From: Candidatus Latescibacterota bacterium
GTDB lineage: Bacteria > Latescibacterota > UBA2968 > GCA-2709665
Length of the DNA: 64,000 nt
Reading direction: 5' to 3'
Assembly: GCA_965219995.1 (NCBI GenBank)
Contig: CBDCOX010000002.1
Span: 1,312,001 to 1,376,000, forward strand
Part shown: in pieces, positions 35,174-45,488 of the stretch
Layout: the number at the start of each line of letters is the position of its first letter
Numbering within the stretch: the stretch's first letter is position 1
Notes under the pieces: model-generated
Seen by the model: the letters and a program-made list of their open reading frames with translations, nothing else
Told to the model about the DNA's origin: nothing
The model's database searches: none
Program-made: the position numbers and the translations under genes

Positions 35174-38100
35174 CCAGACCCGCCTCCAAACCGCCGCCCT
35201 ACGTGCCCCTCTGGTGCAAGAGCAACTATTCCTTTCTGGAAGGCGCCAGCCATCCCGAGGAACTGGTCGAGGCATGCCGGAGGAACGGCCTTTGCGCCAT
35301 GGCGCTCACCGACCGGAACGGCGTGTACGGAATCGTCAGGGCCCACGTTCAGGCCCAACAGGCGGGCATACACCTGATCGCGGGATCGCAGATCGGCCTC
35401 CAGGACGGATCGGAAATCCTGCTGCTGGCCCGGAACCGGAAGGGCTACGGCAATCTCTGCCGTCTGCTGACCGACGGGCATCTGCGTTCCTCCAAGGGAA
35501 CGTGTACGCCGGGCCTGGAGGACGTATGCCGCCGCAATCCCGGCCTGATCGCCCTGTGGATCGGCCGGGCCGGGCCGGAAGGCGGCCCGGAGCCCGTACT
35601 GGAACAGCTCAAAACGGCATTCGGAGACCGCCTGTACATCCTGCTGGCCAGGCACCGCCGGGCGGAGGAGGTCCTGCGGGAAATCCGGCTGCGGGAACTG
35701 GCGGACCGGTTCGGCCTTCCCACCGCGGCCGCCGTGGAGGTCCTCTATCATACCCCCGAACGACGGCGCCTGCAGGACGTCCTCACCTGTATCCGGGAAG
35801 GCGTGACCCTGTCCACGGCGGGCCGGAACATCCGGCCGAACGACCAGCACGCCCTGAAGCATCCGGACGACCTGGCCCGCCTCTTTGTGGATGATCCGGA
35901 GTCGGTCAGGCGGACCCGCGAAATTGCCGACCGCTGCTCCTTCTCGCTCCGGGAACTGCATTACCGCTATCCGCTGGAACGCGTGCCGGAAGGCAGGACT
36001 TCCATCCAGTACCTGCGCGACCGGACGTTCGAGGGCGCCGCGCGCCGGATGGGCGAAAAGTTCCAGGACCAGATTCCACAACTGGAGAAGGAACTCGAAC
36101 TGATCCGGGAACTGGAGTACGAAGGCTACTTCCTGACCATGTACGAAATCGTCGAGTACTGCCGCCGTCAAAAAATCATCTGCCAGGGCCGGGGGTCGGC
36201 CGCCAACTCGGCGGTCTGCTTCGCCCTGGGGATCACCAGCGTGGACCCGACCCAAGTGGAACTTCTCTTCGAGCGCTTTCTGTCCAGGGAGAGGGCGGAG
36301 CCTCCGGATATCGACCTGGATATCGAGCACAACCGCAGGGAAGAAGTAATCCAGCATATGTACGAAAAATACGGTCGGGACCGCGCCGCCATGGTGGCCA
36401 ACGTGGTGCGCTACCGGTACCGGTCCGCCATCCGGGAAGTGGGCAAGGCGCTGGAAATTTCGGCAACCAGCCTGGACCGCCTGGCCAAGCTGGTGTCCCA
36501 TGAAAACTGGAGCGATGCCTTCATCGCGCAGGCCGGTCTGGATCCTCAGAACCCGGCCCTGCGCCACCTCGCTTCCCTGGTGGAAGAGATCCAGGATTTT
36601 CCCCGCCACCTCTCCATACATCCCGGCGGCTTTCTGCTGGGCCATCGCCCCGTCCACGAACTGGTGCCCATCGAGAACGCCGCCATGGATGCCAGAACGG
36701 TCATTCAATGGGACAAGGAGGACGTGGAGCAGGCCGGTCTGTTCAAGGTGGACCTGCTGGGGCTGGGCGCCCTCACCCATCTGCATCTCTGCTTCGATCT
36801 CATGCGGGAGCACCGCGGGCAGGATATGTCCCTTGCCACCCTTCCCAGGGCCGATGCGGCGACCTTCGAAATGATCTGCCGAAGCGATACCGTGGGGGTG
36901 TTTCAGATCGAAAGCCGGGCGCAGATGGCCATGCTGGGGCGCCTCAAGCCGCGCAGCTATTACGACCTGGTGATCGAGATCAGCATTGTACGTCCCGGGC
37001 CCATCACGGGCGGCATGGTGCATCCCTATCTGCGGCGGCGCAACGGGGACGAGGAGGTCGACTATCCCCACCCTTCCCTCGTTCCCGTTCTCAGGAAAAC
37101 CCTGGGCATTCCACTGTTCCAGGAGCAGGTGATGCAGCTGGCCATGGTTGCGGCCGACTACACCCCCGGCGAGGCCGATCAGCTCCGGAGGGACATGGCG
37201 GCGTGGCGGCGTTCCGGACGCATCGAGCGGCACCACCGCCGCCTCGTCACCCGCATGGTCAAAAAGGGCATCGAACGTGAATTCGCCGAACGCATCTTCA
37301 ATCAGATTCGCGGTTTCGGCGACTACGGCTTTCCCGAAAGCCATGCCGCCAGCTTTGCCCATATCGCCTATGCCACCGCCTATCTCAAATGCCACCATCC
37401 GGCGGAGTTCGTCTGCGCCCTGCTGAACGCCCAGCCGATGGGGTTTTACGAACCCGCCACCATCGTCAACGACGCCGGGAGGCACGGGATTGCCGTGCGG
37501 CCCGTCTGCATACGCGAAAGCGACTGGGACTGCACCCTGGAGCCGGCCTCTTCCGGCACATCGCCCTCTCCGTTCGCCGTGCGGATGGGGCTGCGTTACG
37601 TCAACGGGCTGGGCGATGCGGACGGCCGCCGGCTCTCTTCCGCGGCGAAGGAGCGCCCTTTTCAGGACCTTGAAGACGTCGCCCGGCGCGGCGGGCTCCG
37701 CCAGGACAAGCTGGAGACCCTGGCCGAGGCTGGCGCCTTCGCGTGTTTCGGCCTGGACCGGCGCGGCGCGCTCTGGCAGGTGCACGGGTTCGCAACCCCG
37801 CAGGAGCCCGCGCTGCCAATGAACAACCGCGTTTCGCCGCCCCGGTTCCCTCCCCTGAGCGGGCTGGAGACGGTTGCCTGGGACCACCAGGCCGCCGACC
37901 ACAGCACGCGGGGACACCTCCTGAAACCGCTGCGCTCCGAACTGGCCGCCCGGAGACTGCCCACCGCGCGCCAGATCAACCGGATGCAGGACGGACACCG
38001 GGTCCGGTACGCGGGGATGGTCATCTGCCGCCAGCGCCCGGGAACCGCGAAGGGCGTTACCTTCATGACCCTGGAGGATGAAACGGGGTTTGTGAACCTG

Positions 38101-38277
38101 GTAATCTGGGAAAGGACGTTCAAGCGCTATTCCCTGCTGGCCAAAACGCTTTCGTGCATGGGCGTAACCGGAAAACTGCAGGTGGGAGAGGGCGTGACCC
38201 ACCTGGTGGTTGAGAAAATCTGGAAGCCGAAGCTGGATACGGGGGCGCCGCGCGCCAGGAGCCGGGATTTTCATTGA
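35170..38277 (+). CDS. dnaE2: Error-prone DNA polymerase DnaE2 (ImuC)
   Basis: [61 protein letters not shown]-terminal SRDFH; ATGA overlap with imuB. Confidence 0.97.
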   Translation: MTRPASKPPPYVPLWCKSNYSFLEGASHPEELVEACRRNGLCAMALTDRNGVYGIVRAHVQAQQAGIHLIAGSQIGLQDGSEILLLARNRKGYGNLCRLLTDGHLRSSKGTCTPGLEDVCRRNPGLIALWIGRAGPEGGPEPVLEQLKTAFGDRLYILLARHRRAEEVLREIRLRELADRFGLPTAAAVEVLYHTPERRRLQDVLTCIREGVTLSTAGRNIRPNDQHALKHPDDLARLFVDDPESVRRTREIADRCSFSLRELHYRYPLERVPEGRTSIQYLRDRTFEGAARRMGEKFQDQIPQLEKELELIRELEYEGYFLTMYEIVEYCRRQKIICQGRGSAANSAVCFALGITSVDPTQVELLFERFLSRERAEPPDIDLDIEHNRREEVIQHMYEKYGRDRAAMVANVVRYRYRSAIREVGKALEISATSLDRLAKLVSHENWSDAFIAQAGLDPQNPALRHLASLVEEIQDFPRHLSIHPGGFLLGHRPVHELVPIENAAMDARTVIQWDKEDVEQAGLFKVDLLGLGALTHLHLCFDLMREHRGQDMSLATLPRADAATFEMICRSDTVGVFQIESRAQMAMLGRLKPRSYYDLVIEISIVRPGPITGGMVHPYLRRRNGDEEVDYPHPSLVPVLRKTLGIPLFQEQVMQLAMVAADYTPGEADQLRRDMAAWRRSGRIERHHRRLVTRMVKKGIEREFAERIFNQIRGFGDYGFPESHAASFAHIAYATAYLKCHHPAEFVCALLNAQPMGFYEPATIVNDAGRHGIAVRPVCIRESDWDCTLEPASSGTSPSPFAVRMGLRYVNGLGDADGRRLSSAAKERPFQDLEDVARRGGLRQDKLETLAEAGAFACFGLDRRGALWQVHGFATPQEPALPMNNRVSPPRFPPLSGLETVAWDHQAADHSTRGHLLKPLRSELAARRLPTARQINRMQDGHRVRYAGMVICRQRPGTAKGVTFMTLEDETGFVNLVIWERTFKRYSLLAKTLSCMGVTGKLQVGEGVTHLVVEKIWKPKLDTGAPRARSRDFH

Positions 38278-38337
38278 CACCACGCACCGTCAACGAAGAA
38301 TTCCCACTGATTAAATATGAAGCTGCCAGAAAAAAAA

Positions 38338-38366
38338 TTGCTTCCAATTCGAAGATATACTAAAAT
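38338..38366 (+). promoter_or_regulatory. Sigma70-like promoter for the MTase operon
   Basis: TTGCTT-17nt-TAAAAT preceded by an A-tract. Confidence 0.5.
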
Positions 38367-38568
38367 GTGTACACAACAGAGCATAGAAGATAATCGAAAT
38401 GCTACCAGAAATCTCGTCGGCAAAGCCTAACACATTTCGCGCGGTATCACCAAGATACTAACGAATTCGTCTAATGCCTCCGCGCCAACAGATCTAAAGG
38501 AACTTTAACCGTAACTCAAAGCCAAAACCAGGGACGATTATGAAAGAAACAAAGGTGCCAATAACTCA

Positions 38569-39504
38569 ATGGGCTCACCAATCGCAATAGATAGTAAAGG
38601 TCATTTCGTGCACACCACCGGCAACCTAAAGATGCAAGATGAGAACGCGATGCAACTAGAAATGCCAATACCTAAGAAGGAATACACTGATCAAGTGCCG
38701 ATCTCACTAGGAGAATTCAACACTCAAAGAATCTATCTTGGGAACTTTCTCGAAATGTCAGCTTCACTGCCAGATCAAAGCGTCGACATAATCATCGCAG
38801 ATCCACCTTACAATGCTAGCAAGGGAGGAATGTGGTCGATGAAATACGGCACACTACCGGGTTTTGGCGGTACTTGGCAGAAAATTTCCCAAGTCTGGGA
38901 TAACATGACACTAGATGAGTACCTGGCTTTCACCCTCGGGTGGCTTTCCCAAGCCAAACGAGTACTTAAACAAACAGGATCAATGTGGGTACATGGAACC
39001 TATCACAATGCAGGAATAACAAATGTAGCAATGCAGATGCTCCGAATCGAAATTATAAATGAGATCGTCTGGTTCAAGCGTAACAGCTTTCCAAATCTTT
39101 CGGGCCGTAGGCTCACCGCGAGTCACGAAACGGTGCTGTGGGCGCACCGTGGTGGGAAGCGTTCTTACCGTTTCAACTACGAATATTCGAAATCGGGGGA
39201 TTTCTCAGATGACCAATTGAAGATCCCAGAAAAACAAATGCGAACAGTTTGGGATCTGCCAAATAACAAGCCCCGCTGTGAGTTGGCTTTTGGTAAACAT
39301 CCCGCACAAAAGCCAGTCAGGCTGGCACGCAGATTCATTCAACTTTCCGCTCTCCCAGGGGATGTGTGTCTTGTTCCGTTTGCCGGCTCCGGCAGCGAAT
39401 GTGTAGCGGCGAAACAACAAGGATTGCACTACATAGGATTCGAGACCAATCCCGATTATGTCGAACTCGCAACAAATAGATTGAACGCCGAGGACAGGCA
39501 ATGA
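38569..39504 (+). CDS. Beta-class amino-DNA methyltransferase (N6_N4_Mtase)
   Basis: IIADPPYN precedes HPAQKP and PFAGSGS; real start may be 38632 or 38650. Confidence 0.93.
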   Translation: MGSPIAIDSKGHFVHTTGNLKMQDENAMQLEMPIPKKEYTDQVPISLGEFNTQRIYLGNFLEMSASLPDQSVDIIIADPPYNASKGGMWSMKYGTLPGFGGTWQKISQVWDNMTLDEYLAFTLGWLSQAKRVLKQTGSMWVHGTYHNAGITNVAMQMLRIEIINEIVWFKRNSFPNLSGRRLTASHETVLWAHRGGKRSYRFNYEYSKSGDFSDDQLKIPEKQMRTVWDLPNNKPRCELAFGKHPAQKPVRLARRFIQLSALPGDVCLVPFAGSGSECVAAKQQGLHYIGFETNPDYVELATNRLNAEDRQ

Positions 39505-40385
39505 TGGGTACAACAGCCTCATATTTCGATTTTGAAAAAGCGCCGATCTTTCAACATAGGAGAGTTAGCCAATCTACGCGCGGATATGTGCCGTCACTAG
39601 TCAAGTGGACCGGCAGCAAACGTAGTCAAGCTGCGCGGATTCTTGCCAGTGTTCCGGCACATGGTAGGTACTTCGAACCATTCTTGGGTGGAGGAGCACT
39701 TCTCTATTTCTTAGGAAACCGAGGTGCGGTCTGTGGGGATATATACCGCCCACTAATTGAACTTTGGGTGCTTGCACGGGACGAGCCGGACCGACTAATT
39801 GCCGATTACGCATCGCAATGGGAAGAATTACAGGCGAACCTTCCGGATTATTTCTATGCCGTGCGGAGACGTTTCAACGAACGCCATAGACCCGAAGACC
39901 TTAACTTCATAATGCGCACGTGTGTAAACGGAATAGTCCGCTTTAACAGATGTGGTGAGTTCAACAACTCTTTTCATCTTTCACGTAAGGGTATGTTACC
40001 AAGCCGCTACGAGGGAATCGTACGCAATTGGAACACACGGTTGCAAGGAATTGAGTTTCGAAACGCCGATTTCGAAGCAACGCTCGCAGATGCCAAGTCC
40101 GGAGATTTCGCATATCTAGATCCACCGTACCGAGGAAATAAGCAGCGTTACATTGGCAACCTAGATTTCCATCGGTTTTGCAACGTACTTGACGACCTGA
40201 ATCGACGAAAAGTAATGTGGGCGTTATCTTTCGACGGCTTCCGAGGCAACAGGACTTACGATCACGAAATTCCAGCTGAAATCTATAGTAGGAGAATTCG
40301 ACTTGACAGCGGATATAGTGCTGTATCAAAAGTTCTCAATGGACCAGTAGAGATGGTGACGGAAAGCCTTTATCTCAACTATTGA
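39501..40385 (+). CDS. Alpha-class (Dam/D12) adenine methyltransferase
   Basis: KWTGSKR, EPFLGGG, YLDPPY; ATGA overlap with the upstream MTase. Confidence 0.93.
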   Translation: MMGTTASYFDFEKAPIFQHRRVSQSTRGYVPSLVKWTGSKRSQAARILASVPAHGRYFEPFLGGGALLYFLGNRGAVCGDIYRPLIELWVLARDEPDRLIADYASQWEELQANLPDYFYAVRRRFNERHRPEDLNFIMRTCVNGIVRFNRCGEFNNSFHLSRKGMLPSRYEGIVRNWNTRLQGIEFRNADFEATLADAKSGDFAYLDPPYRGNKQRYIGNLDFHRFCNVLDDLNRRKVMWALSFDGFRGNRTYDHEIPAEIYSRRIRLDSGYSAVSKVLNGPVEMVTESLYLNY

Positions 40386-42414
40386 CCTTAATTGCGACGA
40401 AATCCTCCCACAAAGGCAGGCGCGCGAGGTCATTTACCAAGGCTTCGCCTGTGGCCGTATCCCCTCGCATATAGAGTGTACATCGTCTGCCACCTTGAGA
40501 AAATGCAACACCGATCTGGACATCCAGTGCGGTTTTTTCTGACAGACCACTAAATGGTTCACGAGAGTCACAGAGATAAGCACCCGCGGACACAAACACC
40601 GCCTTGGGAGGATTCCAAGTGTTTCGATAGATCGACCAAGGCCTATCCTTTTTTACACGAAAAATGCTGGGGGAAGACTTGAACAGCGCCTTAACATAGT
40701 TCGTCAGGCGTGGACCGATGTTCTGCTCCAAAGATCCAGCTCTTTCCTTGGATTCGATACACAAACAGATAGTATTTTCGAAGTTCGTGAATATAGCGAA
40801 GACATGGTCTGGTCGTTTTGCGCCTTGCGCTGATACCCTCGGCAATGTCAGCCACCGGTACTCTGGTTCGCTATTTCGCCACATAAACGATATACCTGAC
40901 CAATCACCACCTGGTGGATTGCACATTCCTTCCAACACCAGATCCTCTCCAAGAGCTTCGAAAGCGACGTGAAGCGCAGTGTCTACATCTTGCTCACCAA
41001 GACTGAACACCCTATCCTCGACGCAGAGCGGTATGGAATGGTAGTCTTGCACTCGGGCCCAATCGGCTTTCAGATACGCCCGAGGATAACTCACTGGCTT
41101 TGTCGCACTGTCGACGAGGATCGCGTCACTGACCGCAAAAATTGCCTCCCAAAGGCCATTAGTGTTCCCAAGGAGAACCGGATTCCTATATAGATTTCTC
41201 CAATGCGATTCCGGTGCAGGACCGTAAACGAAAGTCATCAGCTGAGAGTCTTCGCCCGCCAACATGCGGGTCAGAGGCGGGAGTCCGCGATCTGGTCGTG
41301 CATCGTCGCCACGCGGTTTAAATCCCATCACCCAAGCAATTGCCAAGTGTTCTTCTTGATTGCCAAGCCAGTCCGTGAATGCATCACTAAGGTCGGGGTA
41401 TAACCCACGCAGGCTTTCGCTAAAGCGCGATCTTTGGAATTTGGGCACAAACGATAGGGGAAGACTTGAGGACGCGAGACCCAAACTTGCTTTGGATCCC
41501 AAATCCATAAATAAACTGGCTGTTTCAGTCAAGGCCTTGATGTAAGCGGTTTTTTTCCATGGAAGTTTCACATTTTCCAAAAGAAAATCCGGCAGATTTT
41601 GCCCTGCGCAAATAGCCTTATACGCTTTCCTCCATTGAACAGCGCTAAGTCCGTCATTCCTTCTTCTTGAATTGGCGAGCAGCTCAACTAATGTAACACA
41701 TTTGTCTGCAAGAGCCTGGTTTGCTTGGGCAGTACCTTCTCCAAGTATAGCAAGTTTCAAATACTCTAGAAAATCGGCGTTACCGAATATCGGACCAAAC
41801 GATGTTATCGTATCACCCGTAGCGCCTGCGTTTGCGTTATATACTGGTAGGCATAATGTGTTTTGGTACAGGGTCATTGCGATGAAGCTGAACGGTACGG
41901 CGGGATTTGGCATTCTCGCTGCCTTCCTCTTGCGGTCCCCACCAAGTTCAAATCCACCGAGTTCAGCAACGAAAAAATATGGAATCTTCGCACTTGCAAA
42001 TGAAAATGCTCTGCCATGTCTTTGCCACGCTTGATTGCCAGCCGGCAAAGCTCCACAAAACTCAATCGCCGCGAATGGTTTCTCCTCGCCATCTTGTACC
42101 CTTGTCAAGATCGCATCCGCCGCTTCACGCAGCCTGCCGCCTGACCGATGTATATATTCCACGATGTCTTGGCTCCAGCGACGTTCTCCAAAACCGGGAT
42201 ATAGACGAAAACTCAATTCTCGATCCAAGAGCCGTACGAAATAGACTGGGCAAGTGACCGAAGAATCCGGTCCAACGATCTCGTCTACAAGATCTCCGAG
42301 ACCTGTGATAATGTAATTGAACGCACGGAGGCACTCGACTATGTTGTCACCGTGTATGTTAAATTCGCACAGCTCGACGACGTTGGCGCTGTTCTTCTTC
42401 ATTGCTAATGTCAC
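40375..42414 (-). CDS. Type IIS restriction endonuclease, BsmI/Mva1269I-like (GAATGC by recall)
   Basis: IHGDNIVEC, AIEFCGALPAGNQAWQR, GFKPRGDDARPDRG, GMCNPPGGDWSG, RWLTLPRVS, KRPDHV...IESKE match my recollection of R.BsmI; similar length; adjacent to two MTases. Confidence 0.85.
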   Translation of the reverse strand: MTLAMKKNSANVVELCEFNIHGDNIVECLRAFNYIITGLGDLVDEIVGPDSSVTCPVYFVRLLDRELSFRLYPGFGERRWSQDIVEYIHRSGGRLREAADAILTRVQDGEEKPFAAIEFCGALPAGNQAWQRHGRAFSFASAKIPYFFVAELGGFELGGDRKRKAARMPNPAVPFSFIAMTLYQNTLCLPVYNANAGATGDTITSFGPIFGNADFLEYLKLAILGEGTAQANQALADKCVTLVELLANSRRRNDGLSAVQWRKAYKAICAGQNLPDFLLENVKLPWKKTAYIKALTETASLFMDLGSKASLGLASSSLPLSFVPKFQRSRFSESLRGLYPDLSDAFTDWLGNQEEHLAIAWVMGFKPRGDDARPDRGLPPLTRMLAGEDSQLMTFVYGPAPESHWRNLYRNPVLLGNTNGLWEAIFAVSDAILVDSATKPVSYPRAYLKADWARVQDYHSIPLCVEDRVFSLGEQDVDTALHVAFEALGEDLVLEGMCNPPGGDWSGISFMWRNSEPEYRWLTLPRVSAQGAKRPDHVFAIFTNFENTICLCIESKERAGSLEQNIGPRLTNYVKALFKSSPSIFRVKKDRPWSIYRNTWNPPKAVFVSAGAYLCDSREPFSGLSEKTALDVQIGVAFSQGGRRCTLYMRGDTATGEALVNDLARLPLWEDFVAIKVNS

Positions 42415-43049
42415 TTTGTTTCGCTGTTTATGTCAATTGCGATATCAAACCGAGAAAACGTCTTGCAGACTGTCTAGGGATAGTTGGACTCGACAAATCC
42501 TTCCACCGTCGCTTGTTTCGTATGCCGACCGAGGGAACAACATCAAATTTCCGCGTATAGCGTATACAGACGTGTCATTAACAGACTCAGGGCAGGATGC
42601 GCAAAACTCTGCATTCAGGACTCTTTATCGGCCTCACGTGGCGGCGCCTGAACGCGAGACGCGTTGTTTGTATCAGCTGTACCGACACTCTTGGGACACG
42701 CGTCTGATATCGCCGTTTGAACTTGATTAATCCTTCGCGATTTGCCAAACGTCGTTCGATGACTTCTGAATCACCGCAGAGTCTCGACACCGACTCCCGA
42801 TCCCTAGCGTTTCCACGCCAGACTCTTTTCCGTACCGGAACTAGCGGTGGCATCCAGTTGGCTGGAACAGCAGGCATATTATAGGCCAAAGCGAGTCATT
42901 GGGGAAGAAGCTTAATTATCCTGATATTCCAATGACTACAGGATTCCGCCCAACGGCAGTGCCTCGCATAAGCATTGGCTTCCATACCATTTTCGTACTT
43001 TTCCAAGCGCGTTTCCGCGACCGCCGCGACAACCGAAGGAGATCATCCC

Positions 43050-43736
43050 ATGTGCGGGCGTTTCACGCAGATGATGACCTGGCGCGAACTCCACGAGCTC
43101 TACGCCCTTGCCGAACCCCTGGAGACGACGGACCCGCAGCCCCGATACAATGGCGCGCCCACACAGGACTTCTCGGTCTGCCGCCTGGACGAACACGGCA
43201 ACCGGGTGATCGCCAGGCTCCGCTGGGGCCTGGTGCCCAGGTGGGCGAAAGACATCAGAATGGGCGCGCGAATGATCAACGCACGGTCCGAAACCGTCCA
43301 CGAGAAACCGGCGTTCGGGGCCGCCTTCCGCTCGCGTCGGTGCCTGGTGCCGGCCGACGGCTGGTTCGAGTGGCAGCGCGCCGGGCACGGGAAACAGCCC
43401 TACTACCTGGCGCTCGCGGACGCATCGCCCCTGTCCTTCGCCGGGCTGTGGGAACGCTGGAACAAAGGCGGCGAGGCCCTCGAGTCCTTTTCCATCATCA
43501 CCACCACCGCGGACGAGCCGCTTGCGGAGATCCACCACCGGCAACCGGCCATCATCAATCCGGATCACTTCTCGACATGGCTCGACGACGCGTCATCCGA
43601 AAACACGCTCCTCGACCTGGCCCGCCAGCCCCGCGCGGGACCCTACGAAATCCGCGCCGTCAGCACGCGCGTCAACAGCGTCCGAAACGACGATCCGGAC
43701 ATTCTATCCCCAATATCCCAGCAGCAGCTGTTCTAA
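43050..43736 (+). CDS. SRAP/YedK (HMCES-like) abasic-site protection protein
   Basis: MCGRF N-terminus, RYNGAPTQ, WGLVP, INARSE, GWFEW, IHHRQP; AAGGAG SD. Confidence 0.95.
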   Translation: MCGRFTQMMTWRELHELYALAEPLETTDPQPRYNGAPTQDFSVCRLDEHGNRVIARLRWGLVPRWAKDIRMGARMINARSETVHEKPAFGAAFRSRRCLVPADGWFEWQRAGHGKQPYYLALADASPLSFAGLWERWNKGGEALESFSIITTTADEPLAEIHHRQPAIINPDHFSTWLDDASSENTLLDLARQPRAGPYEIRAVSTRVNSVRNDDPDILSPISQQQLF

Positions 43737-43827
43737 GCGAACCGGTGACGTCAGGCGGCCGAGACCGGAACGCTGAATGTGACTACGTCACATAAGACAT
43801 AAAATATCAACAACATATATCCAACGT

Positions 43828-43863
43828 AGAATAGAGGTCGAGAAGGACCTCTATTCTCGTTTT
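43828..43863 (+). terminator. Intrinsic terminator after SRAP
   Basis: AGAATAGAGGTC-gagaag-GACCTCTATTCT followed by cgtttt. Confidence 0.6.
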
Positions 43864-44012
43864 GGGTTGACCCACTGCAAAACGGTTTGTATATAATGAA
43901 TGATCGAACCGACAATCCATTCGCACATTCGCTCGCGCCTCTCCATTCACCATCTTCGCAATCCTGACTGCTTTTCCGACCAGTTCCTTCCGCTTTTCCC
44001 CGGGTGTCCGAC

Positions 44013-45488
44013 ATGGCGAAAACGTGCATATATGCGGCAATCGTCGTCTGCATATGTACGGCCACGTGCCATGCCTACCGCCTCGTCGGGTCGGAAGCAC
44101 TGTCAGATGCCCTCGTCGCTCATCACTATTCCATCAACGCCACCCTCGACGCGGTCATCGTGGTTGATAAGACAATCCCGACTTTCGAGTACCAGACTTT
44201 CTATGCCATGGGTTCCGCTGATGAACCGGAGGGACAGCAGGGCGAACTTCATTTCCTTGAGCACATTATCGCAGATGCCGGCAGCCGCCCGCCGGGCGAA
44301 CTCGCAGAGTTGATTGGCGCCAATGGCGGACAATATCACGCAACTACAGACTTGAATCTTACCAATTTCAGGTTGAGATTCCCCAGGGACAAACTGCCGG
44401 TCGCGGTCGAGATAGACCGGGATGGATTCTACAGTACGGTGATCAACAATGAAGTTGTGGAAAAGCAACGACAAATTGTGTTGACTGAACTCAGAAGAAA
44501 CCTTGCCAGGTCGAGCAGGAGGTTTTCCAGTCAATTCTGGGGGATGGTCTACGGAAGAGACAAGCTCGAGGGCGTCGGCACCGAGGCACTGATAAATGAT
44601 ATCACGCCAGGGGACCTGAAACAACTCTTCCATAACGTCTTTCGCAGGAAAAGGCGTCTGATTGTGGTAATCGGCGATATTGACGTGGCTGACGTCCTCG
44701 CTAGATTGGTCGAGGCCTTTCCCGCCGGGAAGATGGAACCGAAACGTGGTTCTAGTTTATCACGGTTTCCAAGTCCCGATGTGCTGGGCGAGAGATATCA
44801 GAAGGAATTCGAACACATCAACAGGTCCAGGTTCAGAAAGACCTGGCACATACCCGAACTCGGCCATCCAGACTACGCAGGCGCAGTCATTCTGGCTTCG
44901 ATCCTGGAAAGGTCGTCAAACTCGCTACGGACCTCTCTGTTGGATTCTCAGATTGCGAGCAGTTTCAGTGTGTGGATTGACAGCCAAAGGGGATTCGGCC
45001 TATTGAGTCTCAATGCCGTGATGGCCCCGGTAGCATCCACCGAAGCTATCGAGAACGCGATTAGTGATACGTTAAATAAGATAAAGACACACGGAATCAC
45101 CGAAGATGAGCTCGAAGCGGCGAGGAATACCGAGTTGCGGCATCTATATTCCGAGTTTTACGACAGATCGGAACTGGCAAAGGGGTTCGGCGCGGCATTC
45201 GCACACACTGGCGACCCTCTTCTCTATGCGAGATTGGTCCCCCAGATCCGGCAGGTACTCGTCGACGACATTCAGCGAATTGTCAACGAACACTTCATCC
45301 AGGAGAACGCCATCACGCTTTCCTGGACAATGAAGGAGAAACACCCGCCGTGGGCCCAACTCGTCGTGGTTGTTGTCCTTATCTGCGTGCCTGGCGGGAT
45401 CCTGATAGCCGCAATCCGTGTTGTCAGAAAACGCACATCCGGCCGTGAGAATGTTGACGATGAAGAGACACGCAAATACCATTGTTAG
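44013..45488 (+). CDS. M16 (insulinase-family) peptidase, active subunit with C-terminal TM anchor
   Basis: GSADEPEGQQGELHFLEH (HxxEH), NGGQYHATT, IVLTELR; signal peptide; WAQLVVVVVLICVPGGILIAAI. Confidence 0.85.
   Translation: MAKTCIYAAIVVCICTATCHAYRLVGSEALSDALVAHHYSINATLDAVIVVDKTIPTFEYQTFYAMGSADEPEGQQGELHFLEHIIADAGSRPPGELAELIGANGGQYHATTDLNLTNFRLRFPRDKLPVAVEIDRDGFYSTVINNEVVEKQRQIVLTELRRNLARSSRRFSSQFWGMVYGRDKLEGVGTEALINDITPGDLKQLFHNVFRRKRRLIVVIGDIDVADVLARLVEAFPAGKMEPKRGSSLSRFPSPDVLGERYQKEFEHINRSRFRKTWHIPELGHPDYAGAVILASILERSSNSLRTSLLDSQIASSFSVWIDSQRGFGLLSLNAVMAPVASTEAIENAISDTLNKIKTHGITEDELEAARNTELRHLYSEFYDRSELAKGFGAAFAHTGDPLLYARLVPQIRQVLVDDIQRIVNEHFIQENAITLSWTMKEKHPPWAQLVVVVVLICVPGGILIAAIRVVRKRTSGRENVDDEETRKYHC

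Noticed and set aside
35125-38283. 1052-aa antisense ORF
   Set aside because: Shadow of dnaE2 produced by high-GC codon bias; no motifs.
43777-43793. ATGTGAC-TAC-GTCACAT as a CRP site
   Set aside because: The spacer between TGTGA and TCACA is 5 nt rather than 6; single instance with no supporting context.
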